From Candidatus Oxydemutator sp. (lineage in GTDB: Bacteria > Pseudomonadota > Gammaproteobacteria > Poriferisulfidales > Oxydemutatoraceae): a stretch of DNA of 64,000 nt. Under the pieces are notes generated by a model. That model did not search any database. It was not told the DNA's origin and saw nothing but the letters and a program-made list of their open reading frames with translations. Made by a program: the position numbers and the translations under genes. Below are positions 1 through 9,060 of this stretch, in pieces (positions within the stretch are counted from its first letter, which is position 1; each line of letters opens with the position of its first letter). Location: positions 1,792,001-1,856,000 of the forward strand of contig OZ241883.1 in the NCBI GenBank assembly GCA_965203445.1. The letters run 5' to 3'.

Positions 1-5
1 TGCAT

Positions 6-107
6 TTATTCTAACATCATACTGACCGATACACCGAACGCCTCCGCGATCTTTTCCATAGTGCTCAAGGTTACATTTTGCTTACCGTTTTCAACATTGC
101 TGATGTC
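6..107 (-). pseudogene. C-terminal fragment of an XRE/Cro helix-turn-helix protein
   Basis: Minus strand reads DISNVENGKQNVTLSTMEKIAEAFGVSVSMMLE* (typical XRE helices 3-5). An in-frame TGA lies just upstream and there is no start codon. It abuts the tRNA 3' end. Confidence 0.7.
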
Positions 108-127
108 CGCACAGCGGAAGTTTCATT

Positions 128-220
128 TGGCGGAGAGGGGGGGATTCGAACCCCCGATACGGGGAGTGCCCGTATACACGCTTTCCAGGCGTGCGCCTTC
201 GACCGCTCGGCCACCTCTCC
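128..220 (-). tRNA. tRNA-Ser (anticodon GGA)
   Basis: Reverse complement GGAGAGGTGGCCGAGCGGTCGAAGGCGCACGCCTGGAAAGCGTGT...GGTTCGAATCCCCCCCTCTCCGCCA shows D arm, GGA anticodon, long variable arm, TTCGAAT loop and encoded CCA. Confidence 0.97.
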
Positions 221-225
221 GGTCG

Positions 226-561
226 TCAATTTTTCTTGCGGGTATTGTCGCCTGTATGGGGGATGGTCGGCAAGTGCGCGACCTTGTCGCCGATTGCGGT
301 GACCTTCGCCGGCCCGGTCTTTTCGACCTCGTCTATGCGCACGACCGCGTGCATCGGAATGAAGCAGCGCTTGACGCCGGCGAACTCTCTCTCGAGGCGC
401 TCGGCGCCGGGGTCGACGACGACGCCCTTCCTGCCGAAGTCGAAATCCTCTATCGTGATGAAGCCCGCCATGTCCGACGGGTACACCTTGTGGACGAAGA
501 CCTCGAACGCCTCGCCCTGGTTGATGAACGAGACCTTGTAGAGGCTTTTTTTCGCGGCCAC
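226..561 (-). CDS. DUF1820 family protein
   Basis: LYKVSFINQG...GFITIEDFDF...VVVDPGAERLEREFAGVKRCFIPMHAVVRIDEVEK matches my recollection of this family. Confidence 0.8.
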   Translation of the reverse strand: MAAKKSLYKVSFINQGEAFEVFVHKVYPSDMAGFITIEDFDFGRKGVVVDPGAERLEREFAGVKRCFIPMHAVVRIDEVEKTGPAKVTAIGDKVAHLPTIPHTGDNTRKKN

Positions 562-576
562 GCCGGAAACTCCTTC

Positions 577-3351
577 TCAGGCCGCCTTCTCGACCCGGAG
601 GGCGCAGAACTTGAACTCGGGTATTTTGCCGAACGGGTCGAGCGCCTCGTTGGTCAGCAGGTTGGCGGCGGCCTCGCGGAAGCAGAACGGCATGAACACC
701 TGGCCCGGAACCAGGCGGTCGTCGGCGCGCACGCGGCATTCCACCGAGCCGCGCCGCGACGTCAGGCGCACGTTGTCGCCGGCGCGCGCGCCGACGGCGG
801 CGAGATCGTCCGGGTGCAGCGACGCCACCGCCACCGGTTCGATCTCGTTGAGCACGCTGGCGCGGCGCGTCATCGCGCCGGTGTGCCAGTGTTCGAGCTG
901 GCGTCCGGTGATGAACACGTACGGATAGCGTCCGTCGGGCAGTTCGTCGGCGCGCCGGAAGTCCGCCGGCACGAAGCGTCCGCGACCGTCGTTGGTCGGG
1001 AAATCGTGCTCGAACAGGATTGCCTGCCCGGGATCGTCGCGGCGCTCGCACGGGTAGGTGACCGAATGCTCGCGTTCAAGACGCTCCCAGGTGATGCCGC
1101 CGATGCTGTCCATCGCCCGCGTCATCTCGGCGAACACGTCGGCGGCGTCTTCGTAACGCCAGTCGAGTCCGAGGCGCCCGGCGATCTGCCCGATGATCCA
1201 CAGATCCTGGCGCGCGTCGCCCGGCGGCGCGACTGCCCGGCGTCCGAGTTGCACGCGGCGGTCGGTGTTGGTGAAGGTGCCGGTCTTTTCGGGGAAGGCC
1301 GAGGCCGGCAGGATGACGTCGGCGAACAGCGCGGTCTCGGTCATGAAGATGTCCTGCACGACCAGGTGCTCGAGTTTTGCGAGCGCCGTGCGCGCGTGGT
1401 TCAGGTTGGGGTCGGACATCGCCGGGTTTTCGCCCATGATGTACATGCCGCGCAGCGCGCCGTCGCCGGCGGCGTGCATGATCTCGACCACGGTCAGGCC
1501 CGGTTCGGGGTCGAGCGCCACACCCCACAGCCGCTCGAAGCGCCGGCGCGCGGCGGCGTCGTCCACGCGCCGGTAGTCGGGGAACACCATCGGAATCAGG
1601 CCGACGTCGGACGCGCCCTGCACGTTGTTCTGCCCGCGCAGCGGGTGCAGGCCGGTGCCGGGGCGCCCGATCTGGCCGGTCATCAGCGCCAGCGCTATCA
1701 GGCAGCGGGCGTTGTCGGTGCCGTGCACGTGCTGCGAGATGCCCATGCCCCAGAAGATCATCGAGGATTGCGCCGACGCATAGACGCGCGCGACCTCGTC
1801 CAGGACGCGCGCCGGGATGCCGCACACCGCGGCCATTTTTTCCGGCGCGTACGCTTCGAGCGAGCGGCGCAGCGCGTCGAAGCCCTCGGTGCGTTTTTCG
1901 ATGAACGCCGCGTCGGTCAGGTTCTGGCGTATGATCGAATGCATGATCGCGTTCAGCAGTGCCACGTCGGTGTCCGGCTTGAATTGCAGGAAGTAGTCGG
2001 CGTCGCGCGCGAGGTCGGTCGCGCGCGGGTCCATCACGATCAAGGTTCTGCCGGCGCGCGCCGCGTTCTTGATGAAGGTCGCCGCGACCGGGTGGTTTTC
2101 GGTCGGGTTGGCGCCGATGACGACGATCACGTCGGCGTTGGCGACGTCGGCGACCTGGTTCGATACCGCGCCCGAACCGATGCCCTCTAGCAGCGCCGCC
2201 ACCGACGACGCGTGGCACAGGCGCGTGCAGTGGTCCACGTTGTTGGTGCGAAAGCCGGTGCGCACCAGTTTCTGGAACAGGTAGGCTTCCTCGTTCGAGC
2301 CCTTGGCCGAACCGAAGCCGGCGAGGGCGCCGGGGCCGTGCTGTTCGAGGATGCGCCGAAAACCCGCGGCGGCGACGTCCAAGGCTTCGTCCCAGTCGGC
2401 CTCGCGGAACGTCGCGGCCACGTCCGAGTCGTCGAGGGTCTCTATGTCCGGGACTTTGGCGGCCTGCGGCACGCGGATCAACGGGCGCGTCAGGCGCTCC
2501 CCGCTGTGCGCGTAGTCGAAGCCGTAGCGTCCCTTGACGCACAGGCGACCGTGGTTGGACGGGCCGTCGCGCCCCTCGACGCGCAGTATTCTGTCGCCCG
2601 CGACGTGGTACGTCAGCAGGCAGCCGACGCCGCAATAGGGGCACACCGAGTCGACCCGTTTTTCCGCCGTCCGGGTCGCGCTCTCGCCCGCCGGCAGCAG
2701 CGCGCCGGTCGGGCACGCCTGCACGCACTCGCCGCAGCCGACGCAGCTGCTGTCGCCCATCGGGTCGTCGAGATCGAACACGATCAACGAGTCCGCGCCG
2801 CGTCCGGCGTAGCCGATGACGTCGTTGTTCTGTTCCTCGCGGCACGCGCGCACGCAGCGTGTGCATTGGATGCAGGCGTCGAGGCGCACCGCGATGCCGG
2901 GATGCGAGACGTCGGGAGCGGGGTTGGCGCGCGCGCCGAAACGCGGCGCGCCGACGCCGGCACGTTCGCTCCAACGCGCAAGCTCGTCGTCCGGCGTGCG
3001 GTGTTCGCGCGCGACGTCGGATTGCAGCAGTTCGAGCACCAGGCGTTGCGCGCGCCGCGCGCGCTCGTTGTCGCTGGTTACGACCATGCCGGCGGCGGGC
3101 TTCCTGACGCACGCCGGTTGCAGCGCGCGTTCGCCCTCGACCTCGACCATGCACGCGCGGCAGTTGCCGTCGGCGCGCAGGCCCTGCTTGAAGCACAGGT
3201 GCGGGATTTCGACGCCGTGGCGGGCGCCGGCCTGGAGGACCGTCTCGCCGTCGGTCGCGGTCAGCGCGCGTCCGTTCAGCGTGAAAGTCACGCCCGCTTG
3301 ATTGCCGCCTTCTGTTTTGTTTTCTGTTTCGGGGGTGCGTTCGGGTGTCAT
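577..3351 (-). CDS. Formate dehydrogenase alpha subunit (Mo/W-bisPGD, NAD-linked type)
   Basis: N-terminal 2Fe-2S (HLC...GNCRAC), two 4Fe-4S motifs (CIQCTRCVRAC, CVGCGECVQACP), CPYCGVGC, NVDHCTRLCH active-site Cys-His, PLRGQNNVQG. Confidence 0.95.
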   Translation of the reverse strand: MTPERTPETENKTEGGNQAGVTFTLNGRALTATDGETVLQAGARHGVEIPHLCFKQGLRADGNCRACMVEVEGERALQPACVRKPAAGMVVTSDNERARRAQRLVLELLQSDVAREHRTPDDELARWSERAGVGAPRFGARANPAPDVSHPGIAVRLDACIQCTRCVRACREEQNNDVIGYAGRGADSLIVFDLDDPMGDSSCVGCGECVQACPTGALLPAGESATRTAEKRVDSVCPYCGVGCLLTYHVAGDRILRVEGRDGPSNHGRLCVKGRYGFDYAHSGERLTRPLIRVPQAAKVPDIETLDDSDVAATFREADWDEALDVAAAGFRRILEQHGPGALAGFGSAKGSNEEAYLFQKLVRTGFRTNNVDHCTRLCHASSVAALLEGIGSGAVSNQVADVANADVIVVIGANPTENHPVAATFIKNAARAGRTLIVMDPRATDLARDADYFLQFKPDTDVALLNAIMHSIIRQNLTDAAFIEKRTEGFDALRRSLEAYAPEKMAAVCGIPARVLDEVARVYASAQSSMIFWGMGISQHVHGTDNARCLIALALMTGQIGRPGTGLHPLRGQNNVQGASDVGLIPMVFPDYRRVDDAAARRRFERLWGVALDPEPGLTVVEIMHAAGDGALRGMYIMGENPAMSDPNLNHARTALAKLEHLVVQDIFMTETALFADVILPASAFPEKTGTFTNTDRRVQLGRRAVAPPGDARQDLWIIGQIAGRLGLDWRYEDAADVFAEMTRAMDSIGGITWERLEREHSVTYPCERRDDPGQAILFEHDFPTNDGRGRFVPADFRRADELPDGRYPYVFITGRQLEHWHTGAMTRRASVLNEIEPVAVASLHPDDLAAVGARAGDNVRLTSRRGSVECRVRADDRLVPGQVFMPFCFREAAANLLTNEALDPFGKIPEFKFCALRVEKAA

Positions 3352-3366
3352 GCGTCGCCTCGTCCG

Positions 3367-5067
3367 TTATTCGAGTTCCTGCGGAAAATATTTCACCACA
3401 CATTGCATCGGGTTGGGAGCGGCCTGGCCGAGGCCGCAGATCGAGGCGTCGGCCATGACCTGCGCCAGTTCGTCCATCAGCCCAAGATCCCACGTCGGTC
3501 GGGCCATCAACTGCACCGCCTTGGCCGTGCCGACGCGGCACGGCGTGCATTTGCCGCACGACTCATGCGCGAAGAATCGCATCGCGTTGACGGCCGCGGC
3601 GCGTGCGCGGTCCCGATGCGACAGTACGATGACCGCGGCCGAACCGATGAAGCAGCCGTGTTCGTTCAGCGTGTCGAAGTCGAGCGGCACGTCGGCCATC
3701 GAGGCCGGCAGGATGCCGCCCGAGGCGCCGCCGGGGAAATAGCCGTAGAGTTCGTGCCCCGGCAACATGCCCTCGCAGTATTCGTCTATCAGTTCGCGCG
3801 CGGTGATGCCGGCGGGCGCCAGATGCACGCCCGGTTTGTTGACGCGCCCGCTGACCGAGAACGAGCGCAGGCCGCGGCGCCCGTTGCGCCCGTGCGACGC
3901 GAACCAGTCGGCGCCCTGTTCGACGACGTCGCGCACCCAGTAGAGGGTCTCCACGTTGTGTTCCAGCGTCGGGCGTCCGAACAGCCCGACCTGGGCGACG
4001 AACGGCGGGCGCAGGCGCGGCATACCGCGCTTGCCTTCGAGGGATTCGATCATCGCCGACTCCTCGCCGCAGACGTAGGCGCCGGCGCCGCGTCGCAACT
4101 CGATGGGCGGCGGCGCGTACGGCGGCGGGCACGGCGGTTCGGCGCGCAGTTTCGCAAGCTCGGTCGCAAGCATCCGGCGAATGCCGGCGTATTCGTCGCG
4201 CAGATAGACGTAAATCTTCTCGATACCGACCACGTGCGCGGCGATCAACGCGCCTTCGAGGAAGCGATGCGGGTCGTGTTCGAGGTAATGGCGGTCCTTG
4301 AAGGTGCCCGGTTCGCCCTCGTCTATGTTGACCGCCAGCAGGCGCGGCGCCGGTTCGCCGCGCACGATGCGCCATTTGCGCCCGGCCGGGAAGCCGGCGC
4401 CGCCGAGGCCGCGCAGGCCGGATTGTTCGAGTTCGGCGATGATTTCGTCGCCGCTGCGTTCGCCGCTTGCGACGGCTTGCAGTAGCGCGTAGCCGTGGTT
4501 GTCCCGGTAGCAGGCGTAGTCGGCGTAGCGGGGGAGAGCGGCGTGCGTCGCGCCGGCCGCAATCGCCCGGGTGACCGACTCCGCCGTCGCCGATCCCAGC
4601 GGGTGCGTGCCGACGACGGCGACCGGCGCGGCGTCGCAGCGCCCGACGCACGGGACGCGCTGGATTCTGACGTCGTCGCCGCTTCGCCGTTCGAGTTCGG
4701 CGATGAGGTTCTCGCAGCCGAACATCTCGCAGGTCACCGAGTCGCAGACGCGCACGGTCAGCGGCGGCGGCGCTCTCTCGCCTTCCTTGACGACGTCGAA
4801 GTGATGGTAGAACGTCGCCACCTCATAGACTTCCGCCGGCGCCAGTTTCAACTCGCGGGCGAGGGCGACGACGTGGGCGGCGCTTATATGGCCGTGTTTG
4901 TCCTGTATCAGGTGCAGGAATTCAATCAGCAGGTCGCGCCTCCTCGGGTGCTCGCCCAGCAGCGCGCGGATCTCGGCGAGTGCGCCGTGATCGACGCTTC
5001 TGCCGCGCGCCTGGCCCCGTTTCTTGCGGCGCTTGCCGCGCCTTGCCTGTATTGCCCGTTGCGCCAT
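3367..5067 (-). CDS. Formate dehydrogenase beta subunit (NuoE/NuoF-like FMN/NADH module)
   Basis: VCDSVTC/PCVGRC 2Fe-2S, SGLRGLGGAGFPAG, NIDEGEPGTFKD, ESCGKCTPCR, SICGLG. The start is placed at ATG 5067, not the ORF-track start 5475. Confidence 0.92.
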   Translation of the reverse strand: MAQRAIQARRGKRRKKRGQARGRSVDHGALAEIRALLGEHPRRRDLLIEFLHLIQDKHGHISAAHVVALARELKLAPAEVYEVATFYHHFDVVKEGERAPPPLTVRVCDSVTCEMFGCENLIAELERRSGDDVRIQRVPCVGRCDAAPVAVVGTHPLGSATAESVTRAIAAGATHAALPRYADYACYRDNHGYALLQAVASGERSGDEIIAELEQSGLRGLGGAGFPAGRKWRIVRGEPAPRLLAVNIDEGEPGTFKDRHYLEHDPHRFLEGALIAAHVVGIEKIYVYLRDEYAGIRRMLATELAKLRAEPPCPPPYAPPPIELRRGAGAYVCGEESAMIESLEGKRGMPRLRPPFVAQVGLFGRPTLEHNVETLYWVRDVVEQGADWFASHGRNGRRGLRSFSVSGRVNKPGVHLAPAGITARELIDEYCEGMLPGHELYGYFPGGASGGILPASMADVPLDFDTLNEHGCFIGSAAVIVLSHRDRARAAAVNAMRFFAHESCGKCTPCRVGTAKAVQLMARPTWDLGLMDELAQVMADASICGLGQAAPNPMQCVVKYFPQELE

Positions 5068-5169
5068 GTTTCGCGTTGGCAAGTATAACCGTTCCCCCAT
5101 CGTCTGAACATGGTATAAAGAGGTGCGGGAGCCACCCCGGCGACCCGCAAAAACCAATGGAGGCAAACG

Positions 5170-5556
5170 ATGGCATGGAGAGAAATAAAAGCCGAACAAA
5201 CGTATTCGGAGGAGCAGATCAAGCAGCGGCTTGCGGAGGAACTGCCGCTGTGGCATTACGAGAACGGCTGGATACGCCGCAAGTATCGCACGCACGGCTG
5301 GAAGGGCACGCTGATGGTCGTCAACACCGTCGGCCATCTGGCCGAGGCTGCCTTTCACCATCCCGACCTGACTGTGTCGTATGCATTCGTCATCGTCAAG
5401 CTGATGAATCACGCGGCCAAAGGTGTGACCAACAAGGATTTTGAACTGGCGAAGAAGATCGAGGAAGTCGTGCAATGGCAGCCCGGGAAAGAGGGCGGCG
5501 CGCTCGAGGGCACGCCCGCGGACAAGAGATTTGCCTACATCCAGTACGACGATTGA
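5170..5556 (+). CDS. Pterin-4-alpha-carbinolamine dehydratase family protein
   Basis: GHLAEAAFHHPDL motif, H...G...KDFELA; GGAGG RBS upstream. Confidence 0.9.
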   Translation: MAWREIKAEQTYSEEQIKQRLAEELPLWHYENGWIRRKYRTHGWKGTLMVVNTVGHLAEAAFHHPDLTVSYAFVIVKLMNHAAKGVTNKDFELAKKIEEVVQWQPGKEGGALEGTPADKRFAYIQYDD

Positions 5557-5683
5557 ATCGCTGATGCCGTTCGTCGGGTAAGAATGCCGGCTATATCAAT
5601 GAGGTAAAAAAGGGTAAAAAAGAGGCTCTGCCGTTCGTCGGAAATTGCTTGCGGGGTACATGCGCCGGCGTAGAATGGCGGCC

Positions 5684-6373
5684 ATGAGCAAGGTGTATGA
5701 CATACGGCGCTACCGGGTTGCCGAGAAACGCCCGCATCCGTATTCGGATGCGGCGTCGCGCGCGCGCTGGGCGCGGATCGAGACGGCCCATGAAGAGGTG
5801 CAAAGGGCGATAGCGGCGACCGCCAGGGAGATAAAGGAGACCGACAGAGTGTCGCGGGAGTCCATCCAGGAACTTTCCAAGGAGGTAAAGGAGGCTACCA
5901 GAGTGTCGCAGGAGGCGGCGCAGATGGTCGGGAACATGGGGCGTACCCAGGGGCGCATCGCCGAGGAGTTTTTCCATGCGGCGTTGCGCAAGACGCCGCG
6001 TATCGGCGCGCTGGAGTTCGACGACGTACGCGCAAACGTCACGGTGGATCGGAAAGGTCGAAGTGCCGAGTATGATCTGATACTGACCAACGGTGGGCTT
6101 GTGGCGGTAGTCGAGGTCAAGCACAAGTTGCGTCTCCGGGACGTGGAGCATATTCGCAAGAAGCTGGCGCCGAACTTTCGCTTTTTGTTTCCGGAGTGGC
6201 GTGCCAGGAAGTTGTTGCTGGCGGTGGCGTACATCACCGCGTCGCCGGGAGCCTTGCCTGCGGCGCGCGAATATGGTTACGCGACGCTGTCGCCGGACGG
6301 CCAGGAGGTGCGCGCGGACGTGAGTTGCGTGCGCTACGTTGAGTTGAGGAATGATCATGGGCAAGGTGTATGA
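5684..6373 (+). CDS. Coiled-coil + PD-(D/E)XK-like (DUF3782-like) protein, copy 1
   Basis: N-terminal coiled coil, GRIAEEFF, EYDLILTNG..VAVVEVK nuclease-fold motif. Confidence 0.75.
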   Translation: MSKVYDIRRYRVAEKRPHPYSDAASRARWARIETAHEEVQRAIAATAREIKETDRVSRESIQELSKEVKEATRVSQEAAQMVGNMGRTQGRIAEEFFHAALRKTPRIGALEFDDVRANVTVDRKGRSAEYDLILTNGGLVAVVEVKHKLRLRDVEHIRKKLAPNFRFLFPEWRARKLLLAVAYITASPGALPAAREYGYATLSPDGQEVRADVSCVRYVELRNDHGQGV

Positions 6374-7016
6374 CATGCGAAGCTACCGGGTTGCCGAGAA
6401 GCGCCCCGATCCGTACCTGGATGCGGAGTCGCGCGCGCGCTGGGCGCGGATCGAGGCGGCCCATGAAGAGGTGCAAAGGGCGATAGCGGCGACCGCCAAG
6501 GAAGTAAAGGAACTCTCCAAGGCGGTAGAAGCAACCACCAGGCAAGTGGAAGAGACCTCCAAGGCGGTAAGGGACCTCGCCAAGGACGTCGGGGGCGCGG
6601 GGCAAGTTCGGGGCCGCATTGCCGAGGAGTTTTTCTATAAGGCGTTGCGCGAGGAGCGGCGTATCGGCGCGTTGAAGTTCAACGAGATATACCCGAACTT
6701 CGAGGCAAAGCGCGACGGTCGGAGCAATGAGTATGATCTGCTGTTGACCAACGGCGAGTTGGTGGCGGTGGTCGAGGTCAAACACAATCTGCGCCGTCGC
6801 GACGTGGAGGATATGCGCAAAGTGCGTGCGCCGAACGCCCGTTATTATCTGCGCCGTTTCAGCGACAAGAAGATGTTGTTTGTGATGGCGTATATGACGG
6901 CGAGAGCCGACGTCGTGGCCCTGGCGCACGAATGTGGCTATGCGACGCTGTCGCCGGACGGTCAGAAGGTGCGCGCGGACGTGAGTTGCGTGCGCTACGT
7001 CGAGTGTGAGGAGTAA
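6357..7016 (+). CDS. Coiled-coil + PD-(D/E)XK-like (DUF3782-like) protein, copy 2
   Basis: Paralogue of copy 1: MGKVYD..., GRIAEEFF, EYDLLLTNGELVAVVEVK. Confidence 0.75.
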   Translation: MGKVYDMRSYRVAEKRPDPYLDAESRARWARIEAAHEEVQRAIAATAKEVKELSKAVEATTRQVEETSKAVRDLAKDVGGAGQVRGRIAEEFFYKALREERRIGALKFNEIYPNFEAKRDGRSNEYDLLLTNGELVAVVEVKHNLRRRDVEDMRKVRAPNARYYLRRFSDKKMLFVMAYMTARADVVALAHECGYATLSPDGQKVRADVSCVRYVECEE

Positions 7017-7018
7017 TC

Positions 7019-7825
7019 ATGAGCAAGGTGTATGACATGCAAAGCTACCGGATTGCCGAGAAGCGCCCGGATCCATATTCGGATGCGGCGTCGCGCGCGC
7101 GCTGGGCGCGGATCGAGGCGACCCAGGAAGAGATACAAAGGGCGATAGCGGCGACCGACCGGCAACTGGAAGAGACCGCCAGAGTGTCCCGGGAGTCCAT
7201 CCAGGAACTCTCCAAGGAGGTAAAGGAGACCGCCAGAGTGTCCCGGGAGTCTATCCAGGAACTCTCCAAGGAGGTAAAGGAAACCGCCAGAGTGTCCCGG
7301 GAGTCCATCCAGAAACTTTCCAGGCAAGTGGAAGAGACCTCCAAGGAAGTAAAGGAAACCACCAGAGCGGTAAAGGATCTCAACAAGAAAGTCGGGGGCG
7401 CGGGGCAAGTTCGGGGCCGCATCGCCGAGGAGTTTTTCTATGCGGCGTTGCGCGAGGAGCGGCGTATCGGCGCGTTGAAGTTCGACGATATATACCTGAA
7501 CTTCGAGGCAAAGCGCGACGGCCGGAGAACCGAATATGACCTGCTGTTGACCAACGGCGAGTTGGTGGCGGTGGTCGAGGTCAAGCACAATCTGCGCCTC
7601 GACAACGTGGAGGATATGCGCAAGATACGTGCGCCGCACGCCCGTTATTATCTGCGCCGTTTCAGCGACAAGAAGATGTTGTTTGTGATGGCGTATATGA
7701 CTGCGGACACCCAGGCCGTGGCCCTGGCGCACGAATGCGGCTACGCGACGCTGTCGCCGGATGGTCAGAAGGCGCGCGCGGACATAAGTTGCGTGCGTTA
7801 CGTGCCGCCCGCCGGCGCGGCGTAA
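7019..7825 (+). CDS. Coiled-coil + PD-(D/E)XK-like (DUF3782-like) protein, copy 3
   Basis: Paralogue with expanded 18-aa coil repeats; same EYD...EVK motif. Confidence 0.75.
   Translation: MSKVYDMQSYRIAEKRPDPYSDAASRARWARIEATQEEIQRAIAATDRQLEETARVSRESIQELSKEVKETARVSRESIQELSKEVKETARVSRESIQKLSRQVEETSKEVKETTRAVKDLNKKVGGAGQVRGRIAEEFFYAALREERRIGALKFDDIYLNFEAKRDGRRTEYDLLLTNGELVAVVEVKHNLRLDNVEDMRKIRAPHARYYLRRFSDKKMLFVMAYMTADTQAVALAHECGYATLSPDGQKARADISCVRYVPPAGAA
7172..7320 (+). repeat. 54-bp coding tandem repeat (about 2.7 copies of ETARVSRESIQELSKEVK)
   Basis: GAGACCGCCAGAGTGTCCCGGGAGTCCATCCAGGAACTCTCCAAGGAGGTAAAG recurs at about 7172, 7226 and 7280. Confidence 0.9.
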
Positions 7826-7925
7826 GGCATTAGGCCTCAGGCATTAGAACTACGGGCGGGCGGGCGTACGCCGGCGTGTCGCGTCGTCGGCGAGTGGCTC
7901 CGCCGCCGTTCGTTCTGGTGGCGTG

Positions 7926-8876
7926 CTACAGGTTGCGCCAGCGCCAGCTCGCTATTCGTTCGCGCACCGCCCTCAGCATTCGCGCAGGCAGCGCGGGCGC
8001 GGGCAGCGGAACGCGCCGGTGGCGCATGCTCTTCGCCTCCGAGAAAATCTTTCTGAAACGCTCCAGTATTTTCTCTTCCGTCAGATAATCCAGGTCGCGG
8101 TTGTGGTGCAGCCAGGGTTCGGAAAGGTAGGACTTGTAGAGTGCGTCGTCGCCGTCTATTTCGATGACTTTTTCGATCGCTTCGCCGAAGTCGCGGTAGT
8201 CGTGGCAGTTGATGAAGGACTTCGGGTTGAAGTCGCGGGCCACGTCGGGAGCGCCCCAGTATATCGGGATGGCGCCCGCGATCATCGCGTTGGTGATTTT
8301 TTCGGTGACGTAGCCGGGATGGGAGGAGTTCTCGAAGACGATGGCGAACTTGTAGCGGCGCATAAAATCCAGCGTCTGGTCGCGCGCCACCAGGCGGCCG
8401 ATATTATTGAGAAACGCGCCTCCGGAATCCACCATCTTGTACGCCAGCAGCCGGCGCAGGAAAGCCGCTCTTTCGTCCGTCGGCCGCGAGTACAGAAAGC
8501 AGCAGAATTTGCTTTTCCGCGCGATGATTTCGGCGACGTTCTTTGGTTTCTTGAGATCCGGGTAGTTGTGGTAGAGGCGGTACAGCGGCAGGCGGTAATT
8601 CCTGTCGGTGATCGGAAGGTCGCAACCGAAGGCGTAGTCGCACTCGAAGAAATTCGGGCTGCTGTCGGCGCCGAGAAAGATGTTTTCGCCGGTATAGTAG
8701 ATGCGGATGCATTCATAGCGCCTGTATTTCCTGCCGAACGTGGAGTACAGCAGAAAATCCGGGTCGTCGGATATTTCCAGCCGGTATTCTTTCGACAGCA
8801 ACCGGTAGAACCAGTTGTCCTCCAGCGCCCCGGGCCAGAAATCGGTGAAGGCGATTTTTATTTTGCGCGCTTCCAT
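7926..8876 (-). CDS. Glycosyltransferase family 10 (alpha-1,3/4-fucosyltransferase-like)
   Basis: YTGEN, KFCCFLYS, VDSGG, YKFAIVFENS..PGYVTEKI..A...GAIPIYWG motif. Confidence 0.9.
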   Translation of the reverse strand: MEARKIKIAFTDFWPGALEDNWFYRLLSKEYRLEISDDPDFLLYSTFGRKYRRYECIRIYYTGENIFLGADSSPNFFECDYAFGCDLPITDRNYRLPLYRLYHNYPDLKKPKNVAEIIARKSKFCCFLYSRPTDERAAFLRRLLAYKMVDSGGAFLNNIGRLVARDQTLDFMRRYKFAIVFENSSHPGYVTEKITNAMIAGAIPIYWGAPDVARDFNPKSFINCHDYRDFGEAIEKVIEIDGDDALYKSYLSEPWLHHNRDLDYLTEEKILERFRKIFSEAKSMRHRRVPLPAPALPARMLRAVRERIASWRWRNL

Positions 8877-8904
8877 CGGCGATTTCGTCCGGCCTCCGCG
8901 TCCG

Positions 8905-9060
8905 TCACAACACCTTGGCGACCGCGAGCAGCAGCACCACGGCCAAAATGGCGGAAACGATGATCAGCGCCGTCGCAAGCCAGCGCACGCGATCCTTCAG
9001 CGCGTAGCCGGCCAGGGCCAACAGCAGGATCGCGGCGAACAGCAGCGTCAGCGCCCTCAC
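8905..9060 (-). CDS. Small two-TM membrane protein
   Basis: GTG start overlaps the ygfZ stop (GTGA); two hydrophobic helices in 51 aa. Confidence 0.55.
   Translation of the reverse strand: MRALTLLFAAILLLALAGYALKDRVRWLATALIIVSAILAVVLLLAVAKVL

Noticed and set aside
577-3351. Selenocysteine in the formate dehydrogenase
   Set aside because: The ORF is uninterrupted and the active-site position is Cys (TRLCH).
61-4485. Long plus-strand ORFs (61..2190, 2212..4485) and similar ones at 9997..12504 and 45413..48118
   Set aside because: They are antisense shadows of clear genes (fdh, valS, sat/argD), expected in high-GC DNA, with no motifs of their own.
5068-5475. N-terminal extension of the FDH beta subunit in the ORF track
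   Set aside because: It overlaps the opposite-strand pterin dehydratase gene; homology-like sequence begins near ATG 5067.
5684-7825. Paralogue trio as a diversity-generating retroelement target and template
   Set aside because: There is no reverse transcriptase in the window, and differences between copies are not confined to adenines.
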